A stretch of 64,000 nt of DNA from Rubripirellula sp. (GCA_965216875.1 OZ244207.1:7488001-7552000), one strand, 5' to 3'; counted from the stretch's first letter, positions 10,325 through 20,066 are shown. Translations and numbers: made by a program. Notes: a model not told the origin generated them from the sequence alone.

Positions 10325-10485
10325 TTGTCCGGTCATGTCAGGGTTTCCCCCGGTCAGGCCGGACGCTGAGTCAGCCGGTTGGCTGAAGGGTCATGCGTCT
10401 TTTAGCGGAATCGGCCCTGCGCAATCCAGCCGAATTATTGATAGCAACGCTTGGGTCAGGGAAACCCTGGCAACCATGAGGACGA
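10325..10485 (+). ncRNA. Candidate rod-shaped structured RNA (6S-like shape, identity unproven)
   Basis: Nested stems: 10336-10349/10459-10472, 10325-10330/10480-10485, 10379-10385/10427-10433, 10387-10392/10413-10418. Non-Watson-Crick positions in these stems are G-U on the + strand. Confidence 0.5.
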
Positions 10486-10857
10486 ATGCTAGCGATTATG
10501 CCGGCGATCGGGATTGAGCGTAGCGAAAGTGAAGCCGGGCTGGGATAGAACCCGGCCATGAGCGGCTGCGTCATTTTTGCGCCCTAGAGTTGTGCGTCGC
10601 AGGTCCCACGAACTGTTCCGGCTTGGATTCTCCAACCAACGGTCGCTGGGATTTCCCTACTTCACGGCCGCTTGGATTTGAAACCGGCGGTTGTTTGGGA
10701 TCGACAGACCACCATCGACCACGTCACGAACTTTCTTGACTCGGCAGCTAAGGGGCAGCCGCGCCAGAGAAGGAGCAGCGTCGTCACATTTCGTCGCGTT
10801 CCATCTGGACGCGTGATGAGGTGCGATGGGAGTGCAAATGCAACACGGGCAGAATTA

Positions 10858-11808
10858 ATGAGTCAATCGGGCAATCAATCCGACAGGCGGGCTACACGTA
10901 CGCTTCGGAAGGGGCTGGTGTTTTTTACCGTCACCTGTTTGGTCGCGACGGTGGGCTACGTCCTCGCTGGATGGAGCTGGATTGACGCCGCCTACATGGT
11001 GACGATCACCATCTTTGGCGTCGGCTACGGCGAAGTACAGCCAGTCGAAACGCTGCCGATGAAAGCCTTTACCATCGGTGTCATTTTCTCGGGTTGTTCT
11101 TCGCTGATTTACGTGATTGGCGGCATTGTCCAAATCTTGGCCGAAGGAGAAATCGAGCGAGTCATGGGTGTACGAACACGATCCAAAGAAATCGCATCGC
11201 TAACCGACCACACCATCATCTGTGGCTACGGTCGCATCGGCCGCTTGTTGGCCGCCGAAATGCGAGAAATGGGGGAACCTCTTGTCGTACTTGATCGGCA
11301 ACCGGAACGGGTTCAGCAGGCCATCGACGACGGCTATTTGGCGTTGGATGGCAACTGCGTTGAAGACGAGACGCTTCAACGGGCCGGCATCTTCCGCGCA
11401 CGTGTCTTGGCAAGTGTGCTTCCGGATGACGCGACCAATGTTTTCATCACGCTGACCGCGCGTGGCATGAGTGAAGCGATTCGCATCATCTCGCGTGCCG
11501 AATCTCCCTTCACCGAAAGCAAGCTGATTCGTAGTGGAGCCAACCACGTGGTGATGCCCGCGGCGATTGGCGCGGTGCGAGCAGCACAGCTGGCGACCGC
11601 GGACACCGATGACGAAGCGTTACCAGAAAACCGCTATCGAATGCTCCACACTTCGGCACACAAACACCGGTCGAATAACGAAGTTGACGCCGAACGGGAA
11701 GTGCTCGCCGACCTGGATCAACTCGCAGAAGCTGCATCCGATCTGTCGCGAAACGTTGCCGATCAAGATGCCAAGCAAATCATGATGCAAGAACAGGGCG
11801 TCGAATAA
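10858..11808 (+). CDS. Potassium channel protein (2TM pore plus TrkA-N/RCK domain)
   Basis: GVGYG filter between two TM helices, HTIICGYGRIG Rossmann motif. Start placed at MSQSG. Confidence 0.9.
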   Translation: MSQSGNQSDRRATRTLRKGLVFFTVTCLVATVGYVLAGWSWIDAAYMVTITIFGVGYGEVQPVETLPMKAFTIGVIFSGCSSLIYVIGGIVQILAEGEIERVMGVRTRSKEIASLTDHTIICGYGRIGRLLAAEMREMGEPLVVLDRQPERVQQAIDDGYLALDGNCVEDETLQRAGIFRARVLASVLPDDATNVFITLTARGMSEAIRIISRAESPFTESKLIRSGANHVVMPAAIGAVRAAQLATADTDDEALPENRYRMLHTSAHKHRSNNEVDAEREVLADLDQLAEAASDLSRNVADQDAKQIMMQEQGVE

Positions 11809-11832
11809 GATCGAGCTCCAGAGGACAAAAAG

Positions 11833-11872
11833 AAACGGCCGAGGCAACTCAATGGTTGCCTCGGCCGTTTTG
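11833..11872. terminator. Bidirectional intrinsic terminator between convergent genes
   Basis: Perfect 16-bp stem AAACGGCCGAGGCAAC/GTTGCCTCGGCCGTTT with A-rich and T-rich flanks. Confidence 0.85.
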
Positions 11873-11895
11873 CGTTATTGGCGTTTGCGGGTCGA

Positions 11896-12414
11896 TCAAT
11901 GACTGAGGTTCAACGTCACATCAACGACGATCTCGCCAGTGATCAGCGAGGGACGCGATGACGATTCAAGTGTTCCGCTGATCCCCGACGTGATGCCTGT
12001 ACCACCAGAGAGCTGGCCGGTACTAACGATGTCAATCTCAAGCGTGTTCAGGTCAATCCCCGTCACGCAGGATTGATTGTCGGTGATGAACGTGCCGAGC
12101 GGGCAGAGATCATGACCGATCGTGAACACACCGACGCCCGAGGCGGCGTTGAACCCGAGTGCTGCGGCAGCGGTTGGGTCACAGTTGGGATCAATGGCTG
12201 GATACGACAGGTCTTCGTAGCTACCAATCTTTTGCCCATCCAAGAATCCGCCGACGACGAACAAGTCGCCTTCGACGATGAAACGACCTTGAGCATCCGG
12301 AATAAGCGTTCCGACGATTTGCAAATTGATTTGCGGGTTCGCAGCTTCGGCATTGGTGCCAAAGCAAAGGCTAAAGACCGCGACAGTTGCCAACAGAAGA
12401 TTGCGAAATTTCAT
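11896..12414 (-). CDS. Secreted hypothetical protein, possibly a dirigent/allene-oxide-cyclase-like beta-barrel
   Basis: Signal peptide MKFRNLLLATVAVFSLCFGTNAEA; C-terminal LSGGTG..SGISGTL pattern. Confidence 0.65.
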   Translation of the reverse strand: MKFRNLLLATVAVFSLCFGTNAEAANPQINLQIVGTLIPDAQGRFIVEGDLFVVGGFLDGQKIGSYEDLSYPAIDPNCDPTAAAALGFNAASGVGVFTIGHDLCPLGTFITDNQSCVTGIDLNTLEIDIVSTGQLSGGTGITSGISGTLESSSRPSLITGEIVVDVTLNLSH

Positions 12415-12763
12415 GAGCACAGTCCTAGAAATCGTTACGAGTGGGTGAAGCGCAGGTGAACATCCATGCCGAAGCGAGCGCAGAAACAAATCACTAACGG
12501 CTGTTGGGGCAGGAGGGATGATAGTGGTCGTAACGATTGGATCAAGAAAAATGCGCTGCAATCAGCGCGCAAATTTCGGCAGAGGGCCAGCCAGACTCCC
12601 CCGCAGTGCGGTGCTCTGATGAGGGATGACAACGCGCGATGAGCGGGAAGACGCTAGCCGCCGATCCTGTAAGCTCGAGAAGAAGCCACGAATCAAACGA
12701 ATCCCACGAATCGGATCGTCGTTCGTGGGCGCCGCACGCGCGCCAATGAGCGGCAAGGCGCTA

Positions 12764-12961
12764 GTGCTACGGATTGCAATTGCGCTTGCACCAGCAGAAA
12801 TCCTTGCCGAAGTTCACACGACTGAGCCGCGATCGCGTAAGCGGCCGGGCCTTAATCGCCTTCACACTCGTTGTGTGGCAAGGGCCCGAGGCCTGACGGC
12901 CAGCGGCTCACGGGCACTACCCAACCTGCTCCGGTGGCACCGAGATTGCAATCCGCAGCAT
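12764..12961. mobile_element. Non-autonomous MITE-like element with 17-bp imperfect TIRs and TA target duplication
   Basis: GTGCTACGGATTGCAAT ... ATTGCAATCCGCAGCAT (15/17 match), flanked by TA at 12762-63 and 12962-63. Confidence 0.6.
12823..12911. repeat. REP-like inverted doublet, family A (TGAGCCGCGATCGCGTAAGCGGCCGGGCC)
   Basis: Near-identical arms at 35487-35570 with a different spacer. Confidence 0.85.
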
Positions 12962-13065
12962 TAGCCGCCGGTCTTGCAAACCAAAACGGAGGGATTGCCC
13001 GATCGCGTCGGGATAGGGAACGGGACTCGTGGCCTCGTCCACTACCAAGGGAGCGGCTTCAATAG

Positions 13066-15429
13066 CTACCGAGCAAACCGGGGGTCAACGTGAACCGGCG
13101 GGAACCAATTCTCGTTTCCAGCACTTTGGCCTTTTGAGATGCGGATGGTGGACGCAGCGGAGACCGGTGGCTGAGCGCGTTGCTGCGTCTGAGGCGGAGG
13201 GGGAACCGGCAACGGTTGTGGTGCCGGTACGGCTTGAGGTTGCGGTACGGCTTGAGGTTGCGGTACGGCCTGAGGTTGCGGCGCAAGCGTTGGCTGTGAC
13301 GGAACGTTGTAGGGGGACCGATTCGCGCTACCGCCATAGGGCTGCGGCGTCACCTGTTGGTGGTTGTGGCCGTTTGCGTCCGCGCCCTGGTAGGGATGAT
13401 TGCTGTCGTATTCCATCCCCCATTGGCCCATCATCTCGAGTGCCTCACTTCCGCGGTTCACGCGCGGGCGAGGGTGATGATTCGGGCAGTTCTTGTCGTG
13501 GCAATAGGGCGACTGGGGATAGGTCACCGCGTGCGGGATCTGGTCAAGCTGTTTGTTTGCAGTGCATGCTGCGTAGGCTTCTCGTGGTGTTCCCGCATAG
13601 AAGGGTGTGACCAATTCCGGTTTGAGGAAAACGATCAACTCACTTTCGCGAACTTCGGTGTCATGGCTGCGGAAGAGTTTGCCGACATACTTCCAATCTT
13701 TCAAATAGGGCACTCCTCGAACGGATTCGACGATGCTCTTTTGACGAAGCCCACCCAGGACAAACGTTTGTCCGTTTCCGACGCGAACCGTTGTGTCCGC
13801 TTTGCGGCTGTCGATCACGGGGCCGGTCGAAGTGATTTCTGCGACGACACTGTATTCGGGTTGAACCTGCAACTCGATGGTCCCATCACGACTGATTCGC
13901 GGCGTGACATTGAGAATGATTCCAGCTTCTTCGAATTCAGTCTGTGTGAAGACCGCGTTCGAGTTTTCAACAGGGTTGGCGCCGACGATTGGGATCTTGC
14001 GCACGATGCGAATCGACGCCTGACGACGATCGCCCACGGTAATCGAGGGGTCGGCAAGAAGCTTTGCCTCGCTGCTGTTGTCGAGGGCTTCCAAAAAGAC
14101 GGTGGCTTCCAAACGGTCAGAAACGGTTCGGAAACCGGCGCTCGTTCCGCCGGTTGTCGTGAGGTCCGTTGCGAATGTATAGAACTGGCTCACGGCCGAG
14201 GAGACATCCTCGAGCGCTTCGTTTTGTGCATTGGCCAGAGCACGCAAGTCGCGTGAAAAATTGACGCCGAGTTTTTCGATTTCGCCGAGACCGACATCAT
14301 AGATCATGGCAGTGATGCGGACTTGTTGTCGCGGCTTGTCCAGTTGCATGATCGCTTCTTTGGCAATGCGAAGCTGCTCGGCGCTTCCCTTAACCATGAT
14401 TCGGTTTTCTTCGGGATAGACAGCCACGATGACCGATTCGCCGAGAGCCGATCGAAGCGGCTCGCCCATCTCTTCGGCGTTGGTGTATTGAGGGCTGAAG
14501 TAGGCGATCCCATCGGCAACGATGGCAGTGCTTGGACTGGCGACGACGGCTGAGTTTTGACCCGTTGCTCCACCCGGAATGCTTGCGGCAGCGTTGCCGG
14601 GCGAGATCTCGGCAAACAGTTGTTTGACGCGAGCCACTCGTTCTTGTGAATCGACCACCAAGACCGATCCCGTGCCAACGCGCCGAATCTGACCGCGTTC
14701 GCTGAGCAGCAATTGTGCTGCTTCGAGTGTTGTTTCCGGTTCGGTCAACGTTTGCGGCAACCGAATCATCTCAGAAACGAAGTTCGGGTCGTCTGCGCCT
14801 ACTTCGTCGATTGGCAGGACGATCAGGCTGCTGCCGGTTTGGCGGTAGCTGTAACCGGTCGCGGTCAGCGCAGCGGAAAGCACTTCGCGAAGTGGCGCGT
14901 TGTGAAATGCTCCGCTCACTTCACCGGTCACGTTTTCTCCGGCGACAATATTGATCTGCCAAAGATCGCTGAGCAGGAAGACAACTTCCGAGAGTGGCGT
15001 CTTGCGAAAGGTCACACTTCCGCGACGATCGAGCGCTTCGGCGATCGACTTGGGTCTTGGCAGTTGGGTTGATTCACCGCCGCCGGGTGTTTGATTCACG
15101 CGGCCCGGAGTCGCGTTGGCGTTTGGGTTTTGCGGCAGCACAGCAACCAGAGGTGACCGACTGGCATCGATCAGACGGGCATGTGGACGCACCAGCGTGG
15201 AGTTTGCCAGCGTGGAGTTTATTGGAGCGGGTGTATGCGCGAGAGGCCGCGCCGAAACGTCGATGGCATCCAGACGCGGAGGAGCCGCTTGGATAGAAAG
15301 GGGTTCAAAGATCTGGGCGCAAACCACGAAAACCGCAAGCGATCCGGCAAACAGCCGAGCCCCAAGTCGATGCGGTTGTTGATAACGTGGTTTAGCTTGG
15401 ATGCCTTCCATGGCAATCTCGCTGAACAA
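13066..15429 (-). CDS. Secretin (PilQ/GspD family) with Pro/Gln-rich C-terminal tail
   Basis: STN-like N domain, NolW-like repeats, QLDKPRQQVRITAMI, GIILNVTPRI, GVPYLKD..GKLFR, ELIVFLKP. Confidence 0.92.
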   Translation of the reverse strand: MFSEIAMEGIQAKPRYQQPHRLGARLFAGSLAVFVVCAQIFEPLSIQAAPPRLDAIDVSARPLAHTPAPINSTLANSTLVRPHARLIDASRSPLVAVLPQNPNANATPGRVNQTPGGGESTQLPRPKSIAEALDRRGSVTFRKTPLSEVVFLLSDLWQINIVAGENVTGEVSGAFHNAPLREVLSAALTATGYSYRQTGSSLIVLPIDEVGADDPNFVSEMIRLPQTLTEPETTLEAAQLLLSERGQIRRVGTGSVLVVDSQERVARVKQLFAEISPGNAAASIPGGATGQNSAVVASPSTAIVADGIAYFSPQYTNAEEMGEPLRSALGESVIVAVYPEENRIMVKGSAEQLRIAKEAIMQLDKPRQQVRITAMIYDVGLGEIEKLGVNFSRDLRALANAQNEALEDVSSAVSQFYTFATDLTTTGGTSAGFRTVSDRLEATVFLEALDNSSEAKLLADPSITVGDRRQASIRIVRKIPIVGANPVENSNAVFTQTEFEEAGIILNVTPRISRDGTIELQVQPEYSVVAEITSTGPVIDSRKADTTVRVGNGQTFVLGGLRQKSIVESVRGVPYLKDWKYVGKLFRSHDTEVRESELIVFLKPELVTPFYAGTPREAYAACTANKQLDQIPHAVTYPQSPYCHDKNCPNHHPRPRVNRGSEALEMMGQWGMEYDSNHPYQGADANGHNHQQVTPQPYGGSANRSPYNVPSQPTLAPQPQAVPQPQAVPQPQAVPAPQPLPVPPPPQTQQRAQPPVSAASTIRISKGQSAGNENWFPPVHVDPRFAR
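13225..13281. repeat. 18-bp tandem repeat x3 encoding PQPQAV in the secretin tail
   Basis: CGGTACGGCTTGAGGTTG repeated three times with one mismatch. Confidence 0.9.
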
Positions 15430-15446
15430 TATGCTGCAGGATTTCG

Positions 15447-16109
15447 CTAACGCAAAGTTTGCGTGCCTACCCGTGCGAAATCTTCTTCAAACTCTTCGTC
15501 CTCGGGACGAGCTTCGCGCTCGCCTAGCCCATACAACACCAACTGGATTTCGAGAGTCACGGGTGACTCAACCACTCCGGTCGGACTTGCCGTCAAGCCG
15601 CTGAGCGTCATCAGCCATCCTTGGCCTTCGATTTCAGCGATTACCTGACGCACGGTTTCGAGCGAGCCATCGGCTTGCATTTCCACCGTGTGGGTATGGA
15701 GAACGAAGTTCGACTCCTCTCCATAAAAAGGCATCGTGTCGTGTCGCGGGTCATCCCCCTCGATCGCCCACGGTCGGGTCTCTACGTCGCCAATTTCCAG
15801 ACGTCGCAGTCGCCCCCCGGCATCGCGAACGATTCGAACCAGCCGTTCACGGATGTCGTTCTTTTCCGTGGGGTTGGTCGAACGGTGCGAGAGTGATTCC
15901 AGCTCTGAGCCAAGCTTTGAATCGATCCGAGTCAGTTGTAAGTCACGTGTTTGGTTTGCGACCAATCGTGCTTCCAGTTCGACAAACTCGTTCGCTTCGC
16001 GGCGAAGCCTGAGATACTCATCGACCCACGGGATTCCTATCAAGATGATCGCAAGCAAACTTCCGCTGGCTACGATTGCTCGGGTCGCCCGATTGTTACG
16101 GTTATTCAT
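15447..16109 (-). CDS. PilO/GspM-like membrane-anchored alignment protein
   Basis: N-terminal TM helix, coiled coil, ferredoxin-like C-terminus; lies between PilMN-like gene and secretin. Confidence 0.65.
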   Translation of the reverse strand: MNNRNNRATRAIVASGSLLAIILIGIPWVDEYLRLRREANEFVELEARLVANQTRDLQLTRIDSKLGSELESLSHRSTNPTEKNDIRERLVRIVRDAGGRLRRLEIGDVETRPWAIEGDDPRHDTMPFYGEESNFVLHTHTVEMQADGSLETVRQVIAEIEGQGWLMTLSGLTASPTGVVESPVTLEIQLVLYGLGEREARPEDEEFEEDFARVGTQTLR

Positions 16110-17613
16110 ATTGTGTTCTCAATTCCGCCCGCTCTGGCGACAACGTGGTCAACCGGATCACAAACCGCGTCCCGCCCGTTTCTCCATCGGGGCTGGTTCC
16201 CTTGAGAGCGACCTGTGTGATTCCTGGCATGAATCGAAGCGATTCGACCAGCTCGTAGACGGCCGCCTCGTCAATCACGGTGCCATCGAGGCGGATCACC
16301 CCTTCGGCTTCCACACGGAATTCGTTCAGCTTGCCCGTATCCGGCAAACTTTGCGTGATCCAACCGAGCAGACGATTGAAGTCTTCCTGAACTTGCTTTT
16401 CGTCGATCTCGCGCAGATAACCGACCAAGCGACGTTTGCCGCTCAAGTCGTTAAACCTTATCTGTGTTGCCTCAAAGGCCGTTTCCATTTTGATTCGCTG
16501 ATCGGCAACCTGAGCCGCTCGGGAACGTTCGCCCGAAACGAGTCCAAACGAAATGCACAGCACGAGCGCCGCTGCAATGGCAGGCCACCCTGCACTGAGC
16601 AACCGGATGTGCCAGGGAAGTTCGGGTGCACGTCGTACCTCCGAAAGCATGTCAGGCACTTCGTCTTCGTCGACTTCAACCAACAGCGGCAGGACACTTG
16701 CCACGGCGGGGACATAACTGGAGTCCTCTTGCCCCGATTGAAGCACATAGACTTCGGGCATTTCGGGGACGTTGAGGATTTCGGGTTCAATGCCAGCTTC
16801 ACCGAAGGCTTCGGCGGCACGCTGTAGTTTTTCGCCAGAGCCGCACATCAACAGCCGTTCGAGTTCGCCTGAGGTGATGCGGCGATGGCGATGGCAGAAT
16901 CGTTTCAGCCGCGCAAGGTGCCCTTCGAGTGCATCGCGAAAGCCTTGTTCGGTCGTTGCGGCAGCCGGGCGGTAATCAAGCAACATCCGCCCGTTGTGAG
17001 TGATCCCAACGTCCCATTGCTGGCCCGTTCCATCGGCAATCATGATGGGCTTGCCCTGGCCGATGTTGGCCAAGCCGACCATCCGAGCGACGCCAACCAA
17101 CGAGGGTTCGACCCACGCGATTTCGACGTCGACTGTTCGCAGCGAGTCATAAATCAGCTGGATCAAATTGCGATTGACCACGCCAGTGACGGCATAGTCG
17201 ACGCTGGCTTCAACGCGCGTTCGAGCCACGCCGGTGACTTTTTCGCCAGGACCGAGCTGCAAATAGCGTGGAATGCGATCGGCCAACGTTGCAAGTTCGT
17301 GATCGACTTCGTCAATCGAACCCATCGCTGCGCGAATGACGCAGAAATCGCCGTCGAGTGAAACGGCCACTCGTCCCCGCCTCATATCGTGCCGTTCGGC
17401 GAGCGTGGCCAAGGCTTCGGCGAGGAGGTGATTGCCGGTAGGGGAAAGCCATCCTGATTCACTGCTGCAGCGAATGTCGTCGATTTCGAGCCGATATCGG
17501 CCGCCCTTGGTGGGCGTTGCAACGGCAACCTGCAGCAAATGACTTTCGATTCGCAGGCCAAACAGCCTCGAATTCCCGTCGTTTGAAGCGTTGCGAAACG
17601 GCAGCTGGCGCAT
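16102..17613 (-). CDS. PilM-like actin-fold domain fused to TM and PilN-like domain (GspL-type architecture)
   Basis: FGLRIE N-terminus, MIADG and LLMCGSG actin-fold positions, TM, then LPDTGKL..IRLDG..YELVESL PilN-like pattern. Confidence 0.7.
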   Translation of the reverse strand: MRQLPFRNASNDGNSRLFGLRIESHLLQVAVATPTKGGRYRLEIDDIRCSSESGWLSPTGNHLLAEALATLAERHDMRRGRVAVSLDGDFCVIRAAMGSIDEVDHELATLADRIPRYLQLGPGEKVTGVARTRVEASVDYAVTGVVNRNLIQLIYDSLRTVDVEIAWVEPSLVGVARMVGLANIGQGKPIMIADGTGQQWDVGITHNGRMLLDYRPAAATTEQGFRDALEGHLARLKRFCHRHRRITSGELERLLMCGSGEKLQRAAEAFGEAGIEPEILNVPEMPEVYVLQSGQEDSSYVPAVASVLPLLVEVDEDEVPDMLSEVRRAPELPWHIRLLSAGWPAIAAALVLCISFGLVSGERSRAAQVADQRIKMETAFEATQIRFNDLSGKRRLVGYLREIDEKQVQEDFNRLLGWITQSLPDTGKLNEFRVEAEGVIRLDGTVIDEAAVYELVESLRFMPGITQVALKGTSPDGETGGTRFVIRLTTLSPERAELRTQYE

Positions 17614-17849
17614 CGAATTTCCCCTGAATTCAAACTTAGGTCACGATCCTTGTTGCGGGAATCCGAACGGCTGGTTTGCCGCTTCCCGCAATCCAGTCGC
17701 TTCGGCTGTAGTGCTGGTTCCGGTTGCGCCGAATACTCCACCTGTGCGTCGTCCAGGGGAAATGATGCAAACCGCACGAAGATTTCGTCGATTCCTCACA
17801 GCAGTCAAACCCGGAATACACGTTACTGCTTTCAATCGGCCGGTTCTTA

Positions 17850-18767
17850 ATGTTTGATGCCCCTATCGCATTGATCATCTTCAATCGCCCTGATTCGGTA
17901 CGCCGTAGTTTTGCGCGGATCCGGCAAGCTCGTCCGAGCAAGCTCTTCATCATTAGTGATGCACCGCGCGAGCAACGCGAGGGTGAAGCCGCACTCGTCC
18001 AGCAGTCGCGCGAGATCGCAGAGCAGGTCGATTGGCAATGTGACGTTCGCAAGATTTATGCGAGCACCAACCTTGGGTGCAAAAGGCGAATTAGCAGTGG
18101 GATTAGCGAGGCGCTCGATGAGGTCGACCGGCTGATCATCATTGAAGATGATTGTGTCGCCGATCCATCATTCTTTACGTATGCAAGCACCTTGCTCGAT
18201 CGCTACGCAGACGACCATCGTGTGATGTCGGTGGGCGGGAACAATTTTCAACAAGGCATCAATCGCACCCGCCACAGCTACTACTTCTCGAAGTACTCGC
18301 ATTGTTGGGGTTGGGCGACTTGGCGTCGTGCGTGGCAAACCTTCGATTTGAAGATGTCCGCCTGGCCTCAGTTTCGTGATGCGGGGCATTTGGCTTCCTA
18401 CTGTCGCAACCAACGCGAGTCCGATTATTGGTCTGCGATCTTTGACCGTTGCTACGCTGGAGAAATCGACAGTTGGGCATACCCCTGGCTGTTAACCTGC
18501 TGGATGCATCACGGCCTCGCGACCATTCCGCGTGAGAACTTGGTTCGCAATATCGGCTTTGGTGCCGACGCAACGCATACGAAAGACCTCGAGAGCCAAT
18601 ACGCACAACTCGCCGAAGGTTCCCTTGGCGAGTTGACGCATCCGGCCTCCATTTACCGTCACGCGGTTGCCGACGCCTTTACCGACGACACACTCTTTAG
18701 TCGTCAAAGACGCAGCCGAATCAAACGCCTCGTCAGCGTTTTGCCACGGCTCTCACGCGCTGCTTAG
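17850..18767 (+). CDS. GT-A fold glycosyltransferase (often labelled 'HlpA-like')
   Basis: PIALIIFNRP, NLGC, IIIEDDC, HCWGWATWRRAW, NLVRNIGFG. Confidence 0.88.
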   Translation: MFDAPIALIIFNRPDSVRRSFARIRQARPSKLFIISDAPREQREGEAALVQQSREIAEQVDWQCDVRKIYASTNLGCKRRISSGISEALDEVDRLIIIEDDCVADPSFFTYASTLLDRYADDHRVMSVGGNNFQQGINRTRHSYYFSKYSHCWGWATWRRAWQTFDLKMSAWPQFRDAGHLASYCRNQRESDYWSAIFDRCYAGEIDSWAYPWLLTCWMHHGLATIPRENLVRNIGFGADATHTKDLESQYAQLAEGSLGELTHPASIYRHAVADAFTDDTLFSRQRRSRIKRLVSVLPRLSRAA

Positions 18768-18848
18768 TCAAGCGACCTGCGGATGTATCCGCGGTACAAT
18801 TGGGACCGGCTTGCGTTTCCCGTTCCAAAACTCGTGCGGCGACAATCG

Positions 18849-20066
18849 ATGAGTGCGACGATTCAATGTTCGCAATGTGGCCAATTGCTGGCTCTGCCCC
18901 CAAATTTTCAGGGTGGCAGCGTCGCATGTCCAAAGTGCAATTCGGTCATCCCAGTACAAGTGCAACCAACTGCTGCACCTGTTCAGGCACCGCTCGCAAC
19001 GCCGCCCGTACCCCGGCCACAACCAACCTACCGGTCTCAACCAGCACCTCGACCTCAGCAGCGATCGGCGGGCGGTAAGAAGAGTGGCGTCCCCAAGGTC
19101 GTTTGGATTTTGGGTGGCGTGTTCGGAGGCTTTCTGCTGATCGGACTGATTTGTGTTGGTGCCATCGCCATGCTGATTCATCAGGCAACGCGAGTCGATC
19201 CACAGTACGCCGGCAAAAGCCTCATCGAGGGACGCGGAACTTTTAAGACCAGCTTGATCCGTCGCGACCGCGATCGCACGCCACCCGAGACACCACCGGA
19301 GAATCTCTTTCGGCTCGTCCGTTATCCGGCTGAGCATGGGCCGACACCCGCCTATCTCGGCGTGGATGCAGCGGGCACTCAGAAACGCCCAGCGATGATT
19401 TGGTTGTTTGGTGGATTCAGCAACGGGATCGGTTCCACCGCATGGGATCCTGCCACTCCCGACAACGATCAATCGGCCTCCGCCTTTCGAAACGCTGGAT
19501 TGATCATGATGTATCCAGCACTTCGCGGCGGAAGTGGTGCACCTGGGAACATGGAAGGCATGTATGGCGAGGTGGACGACGTCTTGCGGGCCGCCGAATA
19601 CCTTGCCAACCAGCCCGGAGTCGATCCGCAGCGCATCTATCTAGGCGGTCACAGCACGGGCGGCTCGTTGGCAATGTTATGCGCCGCTGCATCGCCCGAA
19701 ACCTTCCGAGCCGTTTTTGCCTTTGGTCCCGTTGATCGGCTTTCGGGATACGGGCAAGAGTCGTTGCCCTACAGCATTCGCAACGACAAAGAATGTGAAC
19801 TACGCGATCCCATCAAATGGTTGCACGCGATGCACACGCCGACGTTTGTCATCGAAGGGACGCAGGGCAACATTAGCTGTATCCACAGCATGCGAATGGC
19901 ATCCAAGACCGATCAGGTTCGGTTGCTCGATGTTCGTGGCGCCGACCACTTCAACATTCTTGGGCCGATTACAAAAGTGGTCGCCGGAAAGGTGGCTGCC
20001 GATACCGGTCCAACGTGCAACATTGAAATCAGCACCGACGAGCTGAACCGAGCCTTTCGTAGGTAG
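18849..20066 (+). CDS. Membrane-anchored alpha/beta hydrolase with N-terminal zinc ribbon
   Basis: CSQC..CPKC, Pro-rich linker, TM helix, GHSTG nucleophile elbow, ADHF. Confidence 0.85.
   Translation: MSATIQCSQCGQLLALPPNFQGGSVACPKCNSVIPVQVQPTAAPVQAPLATPPVPRPQPTYRSQPAPRPQQRSAGGKKSGVPKVVWILGGVFGGFLLIGLICVGAIAMLIHQATRVDPQYAGKSLIEGRGTFKTSLIRRDRDRTPPETPPENLFRLVRYPAEHGPTPAYLGVDAAGTQKRPAMIWLFGGFSNGIGSTAWDPATPDNDQSASAFRNAGLIMMYPALRGGSGAPGNMEGMYGEVDDVLRAAEYLANQPGVDPQRIYLGGHSTGGSLAMLCAAASPETFRAVFAFGPVDRLSGYGQESLPYSIRNDKECELRDPIKWLHAMHTPTFVIEGTQGNISCIHSMRMASKTDQVRLLDVRGADHFNILGPITKVVAGKVAADTGPTCNIEISTDELNRAFRR

Noticed and set aside
10351..10376. Resemblance of CGGTCAGGCCGGA to SRP RNA domain IV
   Set aside because: The GGAAG..AGCAG half of the conserved SRP motif is missing.
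12562..13065. Short ORFs in this gap
   Set aside because: They run through REP/MITE sequence; similar pseudo-peptides recur at 35.5 kb.
17850..18767. 'Hemolytic protein' function
   Set aside because: The motifs are those of a GT-A glycosyltransferase; nothing in the sequence supports a toxin.
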